DNA of 64,000 nt, from assembly GCA_965223265.1 (NCBI GenBank), contig OZ244999.1:672001-736000 (forward strand), read 5' to 3'. Shown here one piece after another: positions 29,401-38,796 of the stretch (within the stretch, counting starts at the first letter, position 1; every line of letters starts with the position of its first letter). The position numbers and the translations under genes are program-made. The notes beneath the pieces are model-generated. The model did no database searches and was not told the DNA's origin. It saw only the letters and a program-made list of their open reading frames with translations. This DNA is from Planctomycetota bacterium (GTDB lineage Bacteria; Planctomycetota; UBA8108; SXIK01).

Positions 29401-30400
29401 TCTTGTTCGCCTGCTCCAGATCCTCGAAGAGAAGTTCCGGCTCCCCGAATTCTCCGATCGGCTCGATGAATTGTTCGAATTTCTGTTCGTGGCGCAGGCG
29501 GAAGACTTCGACCTTTGGGGGCGTTACCCGTCCAATGTCCAAGGCTTCCCGGAGGACATGGCGGGCAACCTGTTGATCATCGAGCGCGAGCTCGACGCGC
29601 GTCGGGACTTTCTTCTCAACTACATCGCGACAAATCACGCCGAGATCTTGTCTACACCGCGCGTCAAGATCAGCGAAATCCTTTTTCTCTCGCCGCGCGA
29701 CGCGGAGCTTGAATTCGTCGAGCTGACGAATGTCTCCGCTGCGAGTGTGAACCTTCGCGGTTGGACGATCGACGGAATCGGATATCAGTTCCCCACAGAC
29801 GAAGACGTTGTGTTGCCAGCTGGTGGAGTCGTCGTCGTCGCAAGGGATCCGCAAGCTCTGGAGGCGGCGGCCCGGGACGGCGACATGCCGGCCCTTTTTG
29901 GGCCCTACAGCGGGCGCCTCAACGATGCAGGAGAAGAACTCAGGCTGCTTGACGCTGGACCGGGGTTTCCGGCCACCGTTGACTACGTCGCATATTCCTG
30001 CGGTGGTGATTGGCCCGAGATTGAGCCCGGATTCAGCGTGCAAATGGTCGACGTCGCTGCCGGGCGTGACAACGACCTGCCGACGGCATGGGTGCAGTCG
30101 GCGAGTCGGGCTGGAAACCCGGGCAGGACGCAGCCGGAGTTTCGGCGCGGGGATGCCAACAGCGATGAGCAGATCGATATCTCCGACGCGATCTTCGTGC
30201 TGCTTCATCTCTTCGTCGTTCCTCAGGATCTCCGCTGTTTCGACGCGGCGGATAGCAACGACTCCGGAAACGTCGATCTTTCGGATCCCATAGCGCTCCT
30301 GAATCACCTGTTTCGCGGCGAAGCGAGCCCGCCGCCGCCGGCGCCCTATCCGGGGCGTGGCGTCGACCCGACGGCGGACGACCTCACCTGCGGCGACTGA
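26495..30400 (+). CDS. Secreted LTD(x3)/CotH kinase/dockerin-like protein, paralog 2
   Basis: Collinear with the upstream paralog; RWRGNTA, KRNFKIRF, NFDSATKNHF, WDLDLVLG; FRRGDANSD; ATGA overlap at 26495-26498. Confidence 0.9.
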   Translation: MKLTQVFTLAKLALQPWRARATPRASSLGMFIALFCAIEVPAVVITEIHYQPPAPEAKRLEFVELYNPSALAVDLAGWRLERGVRFEFPAGAVIPAGGYVVVARNRAALAAESELETDSLFGDFKGSLANEGEEILVVDHLGVYVDSVMYDNSRPWPSAAAGDGSSLHRICGEEDGFLHTNWTGLSPTPGAGHAFARCPAPALPIPPLAINEIFYHPVQGSELIVVGDDGEASEFIELVNTSGAALDVGGWRFSNGIRYEFPAGTIIPADGVVVLARDATAASVELVDPGVFLDQYEGRLSNRGERVTLLDAAETVVDSVKYLDHGKWAYGPDGFGRSLVRMSVDRPTDDPANWVGSTVKTGGFQVLQGTGGRSPGLAPQQLVIAIDGEGEAIVDGVVLEDVANPGVNLIDNGDFVGGMQGWTAEGAAALSEWSPTGGVDGGGALRLVSTGPCGDEQCRSAQGVWAAPNALLSSTATYRLRLSVKHISGSVAVQSGLVLGVRATTLHSAGEASAVDSAAPFIDHVARFPRQPSSVDKTWLVARVRGVDPGAPTVRMEYRVGVDGVLQELLLVDDGNHLDRDPGDGIFGVELPAFAGDTQLRYRFELTSTSGTREYPEPLTPGAALGEEHLGYYVSDAENPTDLPTFHILLPGVDGTDFRAVNAHLLCDFLQPASFAFEGDLYPDVGVRWRGNTACGIDKRNFKIRFSKAQPFRGLRKMNFNGLWTDKSLMRERVAWQFTRELGMPYVETEYGRVLINSDYYGLFLCLEHPDTRFMRRLGLDTNGSLYKAKQPPFNPDPAVVIPGVVEREVGAYPDGWEEEVNEGRDFSDIEEFVGSMHAAGVGPMSLDFWQTRSFPELMIGFQVAQVVLGNFDSATKNHFLYHDVDEGRWAILSWDLDLVLGKFFDLNAINPNEGRQQGTLNDVMMSQNSEVQGLLTPWYMSTVNRNPRRNWAIDFFFRAGDGFYQRAYLVRLLQILEEKFRLPEFSDRLDELFEFLFVAQAEDFDLWGRYPSNVQGFPEDMAGNLLIIERELDARRDFLLNYIATNHAEILSTPRVKISEILFLSPRDAELEFVELTNVSAASVNLRGWTIDGIGYQFPTDEDVVLPAGGVVVVARDPQALEAAARDGDMPALFGPYSGRLNDAGEELRLLDAGPGFPATVDYVAYSCGGDWPEIEPGFSVQMVDVAAGRDNDLPTAWVQSASRAGNPGRTQPEFRRGDANSDEQIDISDAIFVLLHLFVVPQDLRCFDAADSNDSGNVDLSDPIALLNHLFRGEASPPPPAPYPGRGVDPTADDLTCGD

Positions 30401-30584
30401 GGCGAGGCGCACCCGTGGCAGCGGGGGCAGGGCACCGGGCGCGTTCCGACGCCGTTCGTTGTCTCGTAATGTGTGGTTTTCGAATGGTTTTTTGATCGAT
30501 TTTCGAACAGGCTGTCAGGGGTTGGGTTTTCGGGCAGATTGCTGATTCAGCAGCGGCTATGTGATCTGAGACAACTCCACATAG

Positions 30585-30783
30585 CCCGCATTTCTCACGA
30601 GCGTCGTGTCGTGGCACGGCTTTGCGATTCGACCGCTGAGTCCGACCCAGAAGCGAGGACGAAAGGGCTTCTACCACATTGAGGATCGAATCGTGAAGCC
30701 TGACGTAGTTGAGTCCGACCGAGGAGGGAGGACGAAAGCGCGACTTGACGGTGCCGCAGTAGGAATCTTGTGAGAAATGCGGG
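30585..30783. mobile_element. MITE family B, copy 1
   Basis: TIRs CCCGCATTTCTCAC(G/A)AG; flanks ATAG/CTAG; inverted homologous copy at 59775-59924. Confidence 0.88.
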
Positions 30784-30803
30784 CTAGGGTCGATGGGAGA
30801 TGC

Positions 30804-33800
30804 GTGACCGGTCCGGGAGGCATCGGCCGCTTCCGGATTCTCGCGGACCTCGGCGCCGGTCGCTACGGTCGCGTTTGGAAGGTCGCTGACCCTCTGCGTT
30901 TGAATCAGCCGTTTGCCTTGAAGGTCCTTCATCGCCCACGGCGAGGGGGGGGCCGCGGCGGCGGCTTTAACGCCGAACTAACGGCGGGAGTCGAGATCCG
31001 CCACGCAGCTCTCGTTGAGGTGTATGAGGCCGGAATCGTCGACCATGAAGGTCAAAGCCAGCCGTACTTGCTGCTTGAGTTCGTCGAAGGCAGAGCGCTG
31101 CTGCCCCGGTGGCGTCCCGCGTCGTTGGTACCACTGGCGCTCGAGCTGCTGTCGGCGCTCGACGCGATCCACCGGGCCGGCTGGTGTCACGGCGATTTGC
31201 ACCCGGCGAATGTTCTCGTGACGACGCAGCCTGACGCCGACGTTCGTTTGCTCGACTTTGGTCTCGCGTATCGCCCCGATCAGCAGCAGGCCCCGGCGAT
31301 TGGTACGCCGCGCTTCGCCGCGCCGGAGCTTCTTTACGGGGCGAACGTCTCCCCCGCTTCGGATCTCTATTCTCTTGCGATGATCCTGCTCGAAGCGCTC
31401 GCGGTTTTGCCTCACGCGGAAACCGGTGAGCGCCTTCTCGCGACTCGCCAAGGAACGTTCTATCGACAGGTGTCAGATCTCGATTGGGGGTCGTCTCAAA
31501 TGGCCGAAAGCTGGGGGCTGTTCTTTCGCCGTCTCCTCGATCCCGATCCCGCTTGCAGGGCGCAGACTGCCGAGGAGGCCGCGACGATCCTAAGCGCTAG
31601 AGAGTGGGAGGGCTCGCGCCCACGACGGCGAGCGCCACCGCGTTTCGAAGTCGCGCGTCTGGAGCGAACCGACGCTGCGAGTGAGTACCTGCGGGATATG
31701 CCCGAGCTGCTCAAGTCTCTTCCACGGCGCCCCGCGTTGTGTATTCTTCGCGGGCCACCGGGAGCTGGGAAGACTCGTTGGTTGCGTGATGCACAGCTCT
31801 GTGCTGCCGCGTCCGGGGTCCGATCCGTCAGGTTCGAATTTGCCAGGGCGGTGTTCGAGTCGCGCGCTGAGACTGGGGCTGAGCGCAGCGCGCAGGATCT
31901 GTTCTACCTGTCTGAGTCGGGCGCTGGTGCCCAGGGGACTCCGCGTTTGCAGGTGGCGGCGGCGGTTGCGACCGAGATGCTCAACTCCCTGGCCGCGGTG
32001 CCGACGTTGCTCGTGATCGACGACTTCGATCGACTTGGACGCAACGACCAGCTCATCGTCGAGCTACTCATTGAACGCATGAGGATCCAGGCGGACGCTC
32101 ATAGGCCGCAAGCGCCGCGCCTGGCGGTTTGTCTGGCGATGGACAGTCGCGCTGCTCGCGCCAACGACTTCGCGGTCTGGTGGAACCGCCTCGATCGTTT
32201 GGCATGGGTGGCGCAGCTTGAGCTCGAGCCGTGGCCAGAAGCGGACGTGGCTCGATACCTTGACCGCGCGCTGGCACCGGCGCACACCACTGGGATTCTT
32301 GGGGCGCAGTTATGCCGCTGCGCTGGTGGCAATCCGGGCCGGGTGCGCCAGACTCTCGAAGAGCTGTACCGGCACGGCGAGCTGAGGATGGAGCGCGGTG
32401 AGTGGAGATGGGAGAGCCGAAAGCCTGGTGAGTTTCCTCCCCTTCCCAGTGCGGCCGACGACTTTGGCAGCGCGTGGTCTGACTTGTCAGCTGGCGCGCA
32501 AGATATCCTTCTCGTCGCTGCACTCTGGGGCGAGCTAGGGCGCTCTCTCGACGGCACTATACTGTGCGAAATCCTCGCGGTCGATCCGGCCACCGTGAGT
32601 GCGCACCTAAGAGCCATTCGTGCCGCCGACGTGCTTGATAGCGCGACGCTTCGCTTGCCTGACGGCGCCGTGGGAACATTCTGGGCAGCTGCCGAGACGT
32701 CGAATACCGCCGTTTCTGCAGGGGGCGGCGACTCGCTCTCAGCGATATGTGTCGATCTGCGCCGACTCGAGCGCGTGCGCATCCTTAGACGCGCTGGGGC
32801 AACCCGGCGTCAGCGTCTTCGCCGCGCCATCGCAGGAACGGCGACCCCCACGCCGACGCTTGAGATCGAATGGCAACGGCTGCGCATCCGCGTCCCGCTG
32901 CAAGTCGGCGGTTGCGATGCGCGGCTCGATGGGCGGCTGGCACACGGTGGCGCGGCAGGAGCGTCTCAGGTTGAGGCGTGGATCACAATGGCTGACGCTG
33001 CAAGTCAGCGCGGCGATCGGTTTCTCCATCGACTGTTGGCCTATAGTGCACAGCAGCTGCCACAAGCACACCTGTCGCGTGCTCGAATCGCGCATGCGCT
33101 CGGCAGTCGACTGCATGCGCTTGGGCTTTACCGCAAGGCGCGCTCGGTGTTGGTGCAGTGCGTTCAGGCCTGCGATGCGGCAGCCAAAGACGATCCGAGT
33201 GCGAACGTCGTGACGGAGGCCGCACAAGCCACCATCGAGCTTGCGGAAGGAGCGGTGCTCCTTGGGGATCTCGACGCGGCTGGCGAATACCTCGATAGTC
33301 TTGCAGTCGAGCCTGGGGCGGCGGCCGGTTCGGCTGGCGATCGCGATGGGGCACGGGTCGAGTACTGCAGGGGACTTCTGGCGTACCGCTGTGGGAACTT
33401 TGACAGTGCGTTCTTGATCGCGTGCCGTGGGCTCGAGCGCTACCAAGGCGATCTTCGTCTGATGAATCTTCGCGCCAACGCCGCGATGGCCTGCGGTGAT
33501 CTCACCGGCGCGGCGACTACTTTGGCGGCGGCGGTCGCAGCACCAGTCAAACAGGAATCTGCCGCGTGGGCCGCGACTCTCGCCAACTACGCGCGGTGTC
33601 TTACCCGAACTGGGCGAGCAGATGAATCGGTAGCAGTGCATCGACGCGCTGTGAAAGTGCTGCAGAAAGCCGGGCGATCGCTCTTCGCAGCCAAGGTGCG
33701 CGCTAATCTTGGGGTGACACTCCGGCGGCGCGGATGCTACGAAGAATGTGAGACGTGCTTTCGGCAAAGCCTGCGAGCGCTTCGCGAAGCCGGCGAGCGC

Positions 33801-36176
33801 CTCGGCACCGCCACACTTGAGGCAAACTTGGGCATCCTCGCTGTTGAGCTGGGTCTGTACGGCACTGCCACGCGACATTTCGCAGCTGCCGAACAGGTCG
33901 TCGAGACGCATTCGATCGATGGCGCGGCCGTGATCGGCCAGCCCGTTTGCGTGGAATCCCGGGCGATCGCGGCTTTCGAGCTCGGCCAAGAGTCGACGCT
34001 ACAGGCGCTGCTTGCACGGCGCGGAGGCATCGGGGACGGGAGAGACACCAGTGATGCCTTGACCGAAACGCTGCGACTCGAGCTGCGACTGTGGCGCGGT
34101 GGATACGACGATGGAAGCGTACTCTTGAACATGGCCTCAACGCAGACGATTCGTGAGCAGGACTGCATCTTTTGGGCCGAGTTGGCGTGGTTCTCTGCTG
34201 CCGCGAACGCACTCGTGCCTGGCAAGAGGTCTGCCGTGGATCAACGTCTCGTCTCTCTAGGTCGTGGGCGTGCCGTTGAGGCCCTACAGTCGCTCGGCGC
34301 GACTTCAGACCGCGCTAGGTTTTTCTACGACATAATGACCGCAGCGAAAGATCCGCTTGTCCTTAAGGCTGAGGGGGCTGCTGCGGATTTGGGGCAGCGA
34401 GCAGCGGCAACACCACTGCGTTTGGTTCGGGTGCAGGCTTTCACCATGTTGGCGAGGCATGCGCCGCGAGCTGACGATCGGTCTCGCGCCAGGACGCGAC
34501 TGCGTGGGGTTCTCGACGAGATCGTTTTCGATTGTCCCGTCGAGGCGCGTAGTTTTCTGCGCGACAGAGCAGATTTCAAGGAGGCTTTAGCCGTGACAGC
34601 GGAACCTGACATTTCTTCTCAGCGGGGGCAAGAGGCCCGCGAGATTCTCAGACACGTCTTTCAGCTGAACCGTGAAGTGCTCAAGGAGAGCCGGCTCGAA
34701 TCGCTGCTGCGAAAAATTGTCGACGTCGCGGCCGAGTTGACAAACGCCGAGCGCGGATTCCTTGTCATGCGCCGGCGTGGTCGCCTCAGAATTCTTGCGG
34801 CGCGTTCTCACGGCAAGAGCATCGACGATCCGGAGTCGCAGATGAGCCGGACGCTTGTAGATCGAACCCTCGCGGACGGAAGTTCTCGGTTGGCGACCGA
34901 TGCGCGCGCGGACGTGTCGCTTCGTTCCATTGCGAGTGTCGAGGAATTGGGTCTACAGTCAGTCATCTGTGTCCCGTTGGTCGCCAAACGTGCTCGAGTA
35001 CTTGGTGCGCTCTATCTCGACAATCCATTCGAGCGCGGGGTTTTTACTGCCGAAGACCTCGAGCTCGCGGAGAGCTTTTCAGCGCAGGCGGCACTTGCGT
35101 GGGCGGCCGCGCAGCGGCGACAACAGACGGCCGGGCTTCTACGTGAGCTTCGTGGCGTCAACAAGCGCCTGGAGTATCAAGTCCGTACGGCGCGTCGGGC
35201 TCTGGTGCACTCGGCAAGAAGCGAGCATTCGCGGCGCGTCGGGATCGTGGGTCAAAGCGCGGCCCACTCGCGCGTCATGCAACTGGCGGAAGCGGTGGCG
35301 CCAACGTCGATCACCGTACTGGTCACCGGGGAGAGCGGCACGGGAAAGGAGCTGATCGCGCGGCAGATTCACGCACTCTCGGAGCGAAGTGCTCGACCGT
35401 TTGTGGCCGAAAATTGTGCCGCGCTACCGGAGACGCTACTCGAAAGCGCGTTGTTCGGGCATGTGCGCGGCGCGTTCACCGGCGCCGAAAGTGACGCGCC
35501 GGGACTGTTCGCGATGGCGGAAGGCGGAACGCTATTTCTTGACGAGGTCGGCGAGTTGTCGCCACCGCTTCAGTCGAGGCTCCTGCGTGTTCTTCAGGAG
35601 CGTGAGGTGAGGCCGCTCGGTGCGCGCGAAGCCAAGCCGATCGACGTCCGAGTGATCGCGGCGACCCGCCGCAACATCCACCAGGAGATCGCCTCCGGAG
35701 GCTTTCGCGAAGATCTGTACTATCGACTTCAGGGTGCCGAGATCCACGTGCCGCCGCTAAGGGAGCGGCCGGAGGACATCCCGGTCCTGGTCGAGCACCT
35801 CCTCGCCAAGGAAGCGAAAGGCGCCAGCACAAAAAGTGTGAGCGTCGAGACGATGGATAGACTCTGTGCCTATTCCTGGCCGGGAAACGTCCGCGAGCTC
35901 GAGAACGAGGTGCGACGGTTGTCTCTCCTCTGTCCGATGCCGGTGATCGAGGCCGAGTACCTTTCCCCGCACGTGCGCGAGGGCAGAACCGGATTTCCAT
36001 CGAACGCGTCGGACGCGGAACGAGAAGTGCGTCCTCTCCGTTTAGTGGAGAGAGAGGCGATCCTTCACGCGCTGTCGCAGTTCGACGGACATCGAGGTCG
36101 AGTGGCGAACGCCCTCGGAATATCGCGGTCGACGCTCTACGTTAAGTTGAAGGAAATCGGCTACGACGGCACATGA
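30804..36176 (+). CDS. Multidomain sigma54-dependent activator: Ser/Thr kinase - P-loop (STAND/AAA_16-like) NTPase - TPR - GAF - AAA+ - Fis HTH
   Basis: [29 protein letters not shown]; GPPGAGKT + LLVIDD; TPR helices; GAF ([15 protein letters not shown]); [41 protein letters not shown]. The ATG at 30777 lies inside the MITE TIR, so GTG 30804 is preferred. Confidence 0.92.
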   Translation: MTGPGGIGRFRILADLGAGRYGRVWKVADPLRLNQPFALKVLHRPRRGGGRGGGFNAELTAGVEIRHAALVEVYEAGIVDHEGQSQPYLLLEFVEGRALLPRWRPASLVPLALELLSALDAIHRAGWCHGDLHPANVLVTTQPDADVRLLDFGLAYRPDQQQAPAIGTPRFAAPELLYGANVSPASDLYSLAMILLEALAVLPHAETGERLLATRQGTFYRQVSDLDWGSSQMAESWGLFFRRLLDPDPACRAQTAEEAATILSAREWEGSRPRRRAPPRFEVARLERTDAASEYLRDMPELLKSLPRRPALCILRGPPGAGKTRWLRDAQLCAAASGVRSVRFEFARAVFESRAETGAERSAQDLFYLSESGAGAQGTPRLQVAAAVATEMLNSLAAVPTLLVIDDFDRLGRNDQLIVELLIERMRIQADAHRPQAPRLAVCLAMDSRAARANDFAVWWNRLDRLAWVAQLELEPWPEADVARYLDRALAPAHTTGILGAQLCRCAGGNPGRVRQTLEELYRHGELRMERGEWRWESRKPGEFPPLPSAADDFGSAWSDLSAGAQDILLVAALWGELGRSLDGTILCEILAVDPATVSAHLRAIRAADVLDSATLRLPDGAVGTFWAAAETSNTAVSAGGGDSLSAICVDLRRLERVRILRRAGATRRQRLRRAIAGTATPTPTLEIEWQRLRIRVPLQVGGCDARLDGRLAHGGAAGASQVEAWITMADAASQRGDRFLHRLLAYSAQQLPQAHLSRARIAHALGSRLHALGLYRKARSVLVQCVQACDAAAKDDPSANVVTEAAQATIELAEGAVLLGDLDAAGEYLDSLAVEPGAAAGSAGDRDGARVEYCRGLLAYRCGNFDSAFLIACRGLERYQGDLRLMNLRANAAMACGDLTGAATTLAAAVAAPVKQESAAWAATLANYARCLTRTGRADESVAVHRRAVKVLQKAGRSLFAAKVRANLGVTLRRRGCYEECETCFRQSLRALREAGERLGTATLEANLGILAVELGLYGTATRHFAAAEQVVETHSIDGAAVIGQPVCVESRAIAAFELGQESTLQALLARRGGIGDGRDTSDALTETLRLELRLWRGGYDDGSVLLNMASTQTIREQDCIFWAELAWFSAAANALVPGKRSAVDQRLVSLGRGRAVEALQSLGATSDRARFFYDIMTAAKDPLVLKAEGAAADLGQRAAATPLRLVRVQAFTMLARHAPRADDRSRARTRLRGVLDEIVFDCPVEARSFLRDRADFKEALAVTAEPDISSQRGQEAREILRHVFQLNREVLKESRLESLLRKIVDVAAELTNAERGFLVMRRRGRLRILAARSHGKSIDDPESQMSRTLVDRTLADGSSRLATDARADVSLRSIASVEELGLQSVICVPLVAKRARVLGALYLDNPFERGVFTAEDLELAESFSAQAALAWAAAQRRQQTAGLLRELRGVNKRLEYQVRTARRALVHSARSEHSRRVGIVGQSAAHSRVMQLAEAVAPTSITVLVTGESGTGKELIARQIHALSERSARPFVAENCAALPETLLESALFGHVRGAFTGAESDAPGLFAMAEGGTLFLDEVGELSPPLQSRLLRVLQEREVRPLGAREAKPIDVRVIAATRRNIHQEIASGGFREDLYYRLQGAEIHVPPLRERPEDIPVLVEHLLAKEAKGASTKSVSVETMDRLCAYSWPGNVRELENEVRRLSLLCPMPVIEAEYLSPHVREGRTGFPSNASDAEREVRPLRLVEREAILHALSQFDGHRGRVANALGISRSTLYVKLKEIGYDGT

Positions 36177-36518
36177 CCCCGGCTCAGCGACTTTCAGTCG
36201 GGCCTGGAATTGCCTGAGCCGGCGTCGAGGCCCGCGTCAAGCCTAGCCTCGAGTTTGGCCATTTCGCGCCGGCCTGGCCGGACGAGTTTCACGGGGGTTC
36301 CGAGGCCCTTTCGACTTTTTCGTACCCTGAGAACCCTTGTGCCCATTCAAAAACTCCTGTCCGGCCCTTCGGGGAACGCCAGGAGCGCCGATGCCTGCGT
36401 CACTCCTCCGCCACGACCCGAGCGGGATCGCGCCCGAGTCGTTCCTTGGCCTCGACGCTCCTGGCGCTGGCAGGCTCGACGCGAAGGGCCAAACTCGAAG
36501 TGACGAAGCATGCGGAGC

Positions 36519-36533
36519 TGGGACTCTTATCGC
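36519..36533 (+). promoter_or_regulatory. Candidate sigma54 (-24/-12) promoter
   Basis: TGGGACTCTTATCGC: GG-N10-GC with 8 of 11 consensus positions of TGGCACG-N4-TTGC; lies between the activator gene and the next dockerin gene. Confidence 0.4.
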
Positions 36534-36650
36534 GGCTGCTACCCGTTGCGTTGTTCAGATGAATTGACGGTCACGATTCTTTTTTTACACTCTGCCAGAT
36601 GGCTGTATCATGGACGCCGAAGGTTTCAGGTTGAACTCTACAGGTGGGTC

Positions 36651-38771
36651 GTGAGCAAAGAGCAGTGCCACCCACAGAATCATTTGCGGCACGGTCGTTC
36701 GCGGCTCAGTTTTTTTCCGAGCGTCGCGATCGCGCTTGTCGCTGGATGGACTAGCGCAGCGGTTGATTTCGCGGGACTCTTGGCGAGCGAGGGCACGTCC
36801 GATGAGCCCCTGACTCTGTTCGTCGGCGAAACTCTCGACCGTAACGACGCCGTTGTTCCCGCGTGGGCACGCGTGCGTCTGCTCGCGGCGCGCGGCCAGG
36901 AGAGTATCGAAGTCGAGGCGGCGTTGGCGGTCTCGACATGGTTCGATCTGGGCGAGGTCAGGGCGGCTCGACCAAATCTTCTGCACCTCGATCCAGAGGC
37001 GCGACTGATTCGCAGTGACCGTGACCGCGATGAAGCCGCCCTGCCACAACTCTCCCTCATCGACGGTAGGCAGCTGATCGCGTTCGCTACAGCCGAGCGA
37101 AGTGGTCTCGCCATCCTCGGACCGGATGGCGCCCAAATCTTGGTCGAGGGTGAGCCGGAGCGCTTCGTCCCGACTGGTCGCGGCGTGCAGCTGTCGACGA
37201 ATGGCGAACGTGTTGCATGGCTGATCTCCGGTGCCGATAGTCGTCCGGAGATCGTCACCGTTCTTCTCGCCTCGCGTTTGCCGCTGGTCTCCATCTCGGC
37301 TCTCTCGAGTAGTATGGTTTCGTTCGTCGACGGTTCATTGGCCCTCACCGATACGTCGGTCTATGCAACAACGGCAGATGCGTCGGGCGCTTTCTTCGTT
37401 GCCCGCTATTCTGCCGATTCCGACGGACGGATGGCGGTGACTGGCGAGATCGTTGCGGGACCGTTCGTCGACGTTGAGCCCTATCCAGCTGTGGGCCGCG
37501 ACGTGCTCGCTATGATCGCGGCGACAGCACCTGATTCTCGAGACGTGTACATCGTCCGCGACCGCGAGAGCGCCGCCGTCAACGTGACCAACTCTCCGGC
37601 GCAATACTCGGCGAATCGGGCTGACCTTCAGCGATTGGCGGTTTCGGATGCGGGCGAATTCGTCGCCTATAGCATTCGCTCCGGCGGCAGCAACGAGTTG
37701 TTTCTGCACGCACTTGATCCTGGCACTTCGACGATCGAGCGTTTTCATGTCACTGCCGATGAGCGCTTTAACCCGTATATCGATCAAGAAATCTGGGTTT
37801 TCTTCGGCGCCGACGACCGGCTCTATTTTGCCGGTGGTCATGACCTCGGGAGTTTGGATGTCTACGCTTTGGACCCTCGTCATCCCTTCCCCGTCAATCT
37901 GACCCAGTCGACCGGGAATGACCTACCACCGTTTCTCAAGGGATCGCTTGCGATTTCGGACATGCTGGTGGACGACAGCAGCGTTCTCGTTGCCGCGAGT
38001 GGGTTCGGCGGCGCTGGTACCGGAGTCGTTGGTATCGAAGTGGAAACGGGCGCGACTTTCTTTGAGGCTTTCGAGGGCCAGGCGGCCTCTCTGTCGACGG
38101 TCGGCGCCACGGCTTTCTTCGAAGTCGTTGCCATTGACGGCGTCCGTTCTCTGTATGCTCTGACAGCTGGAGAAGCTCCGGTGCTGATTTCGCGCTCGAC
38201 GAATCCAGCTCGAGTGATTGCGACGACGCTCGAGCGAATCTACTTCGCTGTTCCCGGAGTCGGGTTGATCGCTTTCGGGCCCAGAGCGAGATCGGTGCGG
38301 CTGCACGAAAACGGCGAAGTGTTTCCGGCCGGCGCCCTGACGGCGGATGGGCGTTATCTCTTTTTTGGCGCTGCGGTCCCCGATGCGGGCGCATCGCAGT
38401 ACTTTCTTCTAGACGTTCAGACCGGCGGAGTTGTGCCGTTCGCCTCACACGCGGCGCCAGCACAGATCGTCGGAGTTGCAGGTTGTCTCCCGCCTCAGGC
38501 GAAAGAGTTCCTGCGCGGGGATGCCAACCGTGACGATGTTGTCGATGTTTCCGACGCCATTCTGGCGCTGAATTTTCTCTTCGTCGAAAATACCAATCTG
38601 GTGAGCTGCCTTGACGCTGCGGACGCGAACGACAGCGGTGGGGTGGACATCTCGGACCCCATCGCCGTCCTAGGGTTCCTATTCGTCGGCAACGGCGCGC
38701 TGCCTCATCCCTACCCTGAGCCAGGCGAAGATCCGACTCCGGACGAACTCGGTTGCCTCTTGCGGCCGTAA
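36651..38771 (+). CDS. Secreted beta-propeller-like protein with C-terminal dockerin-like module
   Basis: Hydrophobic signal after GTG 36651; TolB-like blades (VNVTNS, AVSDAGEFVAY, VNLTQS); FLRGDANRDD...CLDAADANDSG. Start uncertain (ORF opens at 36510). Confidence 0.8.
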   Translation: MSKEQCHPQNHLRHGRSRLSFFPSVAIALVAGWTSAAVDFAGLLASEGTSDEPLTLFVGETLDRNDAVVPAWARVRLLAARGQESIEVEAALAVSTWFDLGEVRAARPNLLHLDPEARLIRSDRDRDEAALPQLSLIDGRQLIAFATAERSGLAILGPDGAQILVEGEPERFVPTGRGVQLSTNGERVAWLISGADSRPEIVTVLLASRLPLVSISALSSSMVSFVDGSLALTDTSVYATTADASGAFFVARYSADSDGRMAVTGEIVAGPFVDVEPYPAVGRDVLAMIAATAPDSRDVYIVRDRESAAVNVTNSPAQYSANRADLQRLAVSDAGEFVAYSIRSGGSNELFLHALDPGTSTIERFHVTADERFNPYIDQEIWVFFGADDRLYFAGGHDLGSLDVYALDPRHPFPVNLTQSTGNDLPPFLKGSLAISDMLVDDSSVLVAASGFGGAGTGVVGIEVETGATFFEAFEGQAASLSTVGATAFFEVVAIDGVRSLYALTAGEAPVLISRSTNPARVIATTLERIYFAVPGVGLIAFGPRARSVRLHENGEVFPAGALTADGRYLFFGAAVPDAGASQYFLLDVQTGGVVPFASHAAPAQIVGVAGCLPPQAKEFLRGDANRDDVVDVSDAILALNFLFVENTNLVSCLDAADANDSGGVDISDPIAVLGFLFVGNGALPHPYPEPGEDPTPDELGCLLRP

Positions 38772-38796
38772 GGTTCGTCAGCGATGTCTTTCGATA

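Noticed and set aside
29030-30412. Long antisense ORFs (460 aa here; also 24078-25280, 32739-33989, 61205-62131, 47730-48488)
   Set aside because: Shadow frames of well-supported high-GC genes on the opposite strand, with no recognisable motifs.
30630-30760. Hammerhead-ribozyme-like TGA-GTCC...GGAC-GAAA modules inside MITE-B
   Set aside because: The core CUGANGA is not intact (CCGCUGA / UAGUUGA) and no stem III ending in U-H can be formed; resemblance is limited to stem II.
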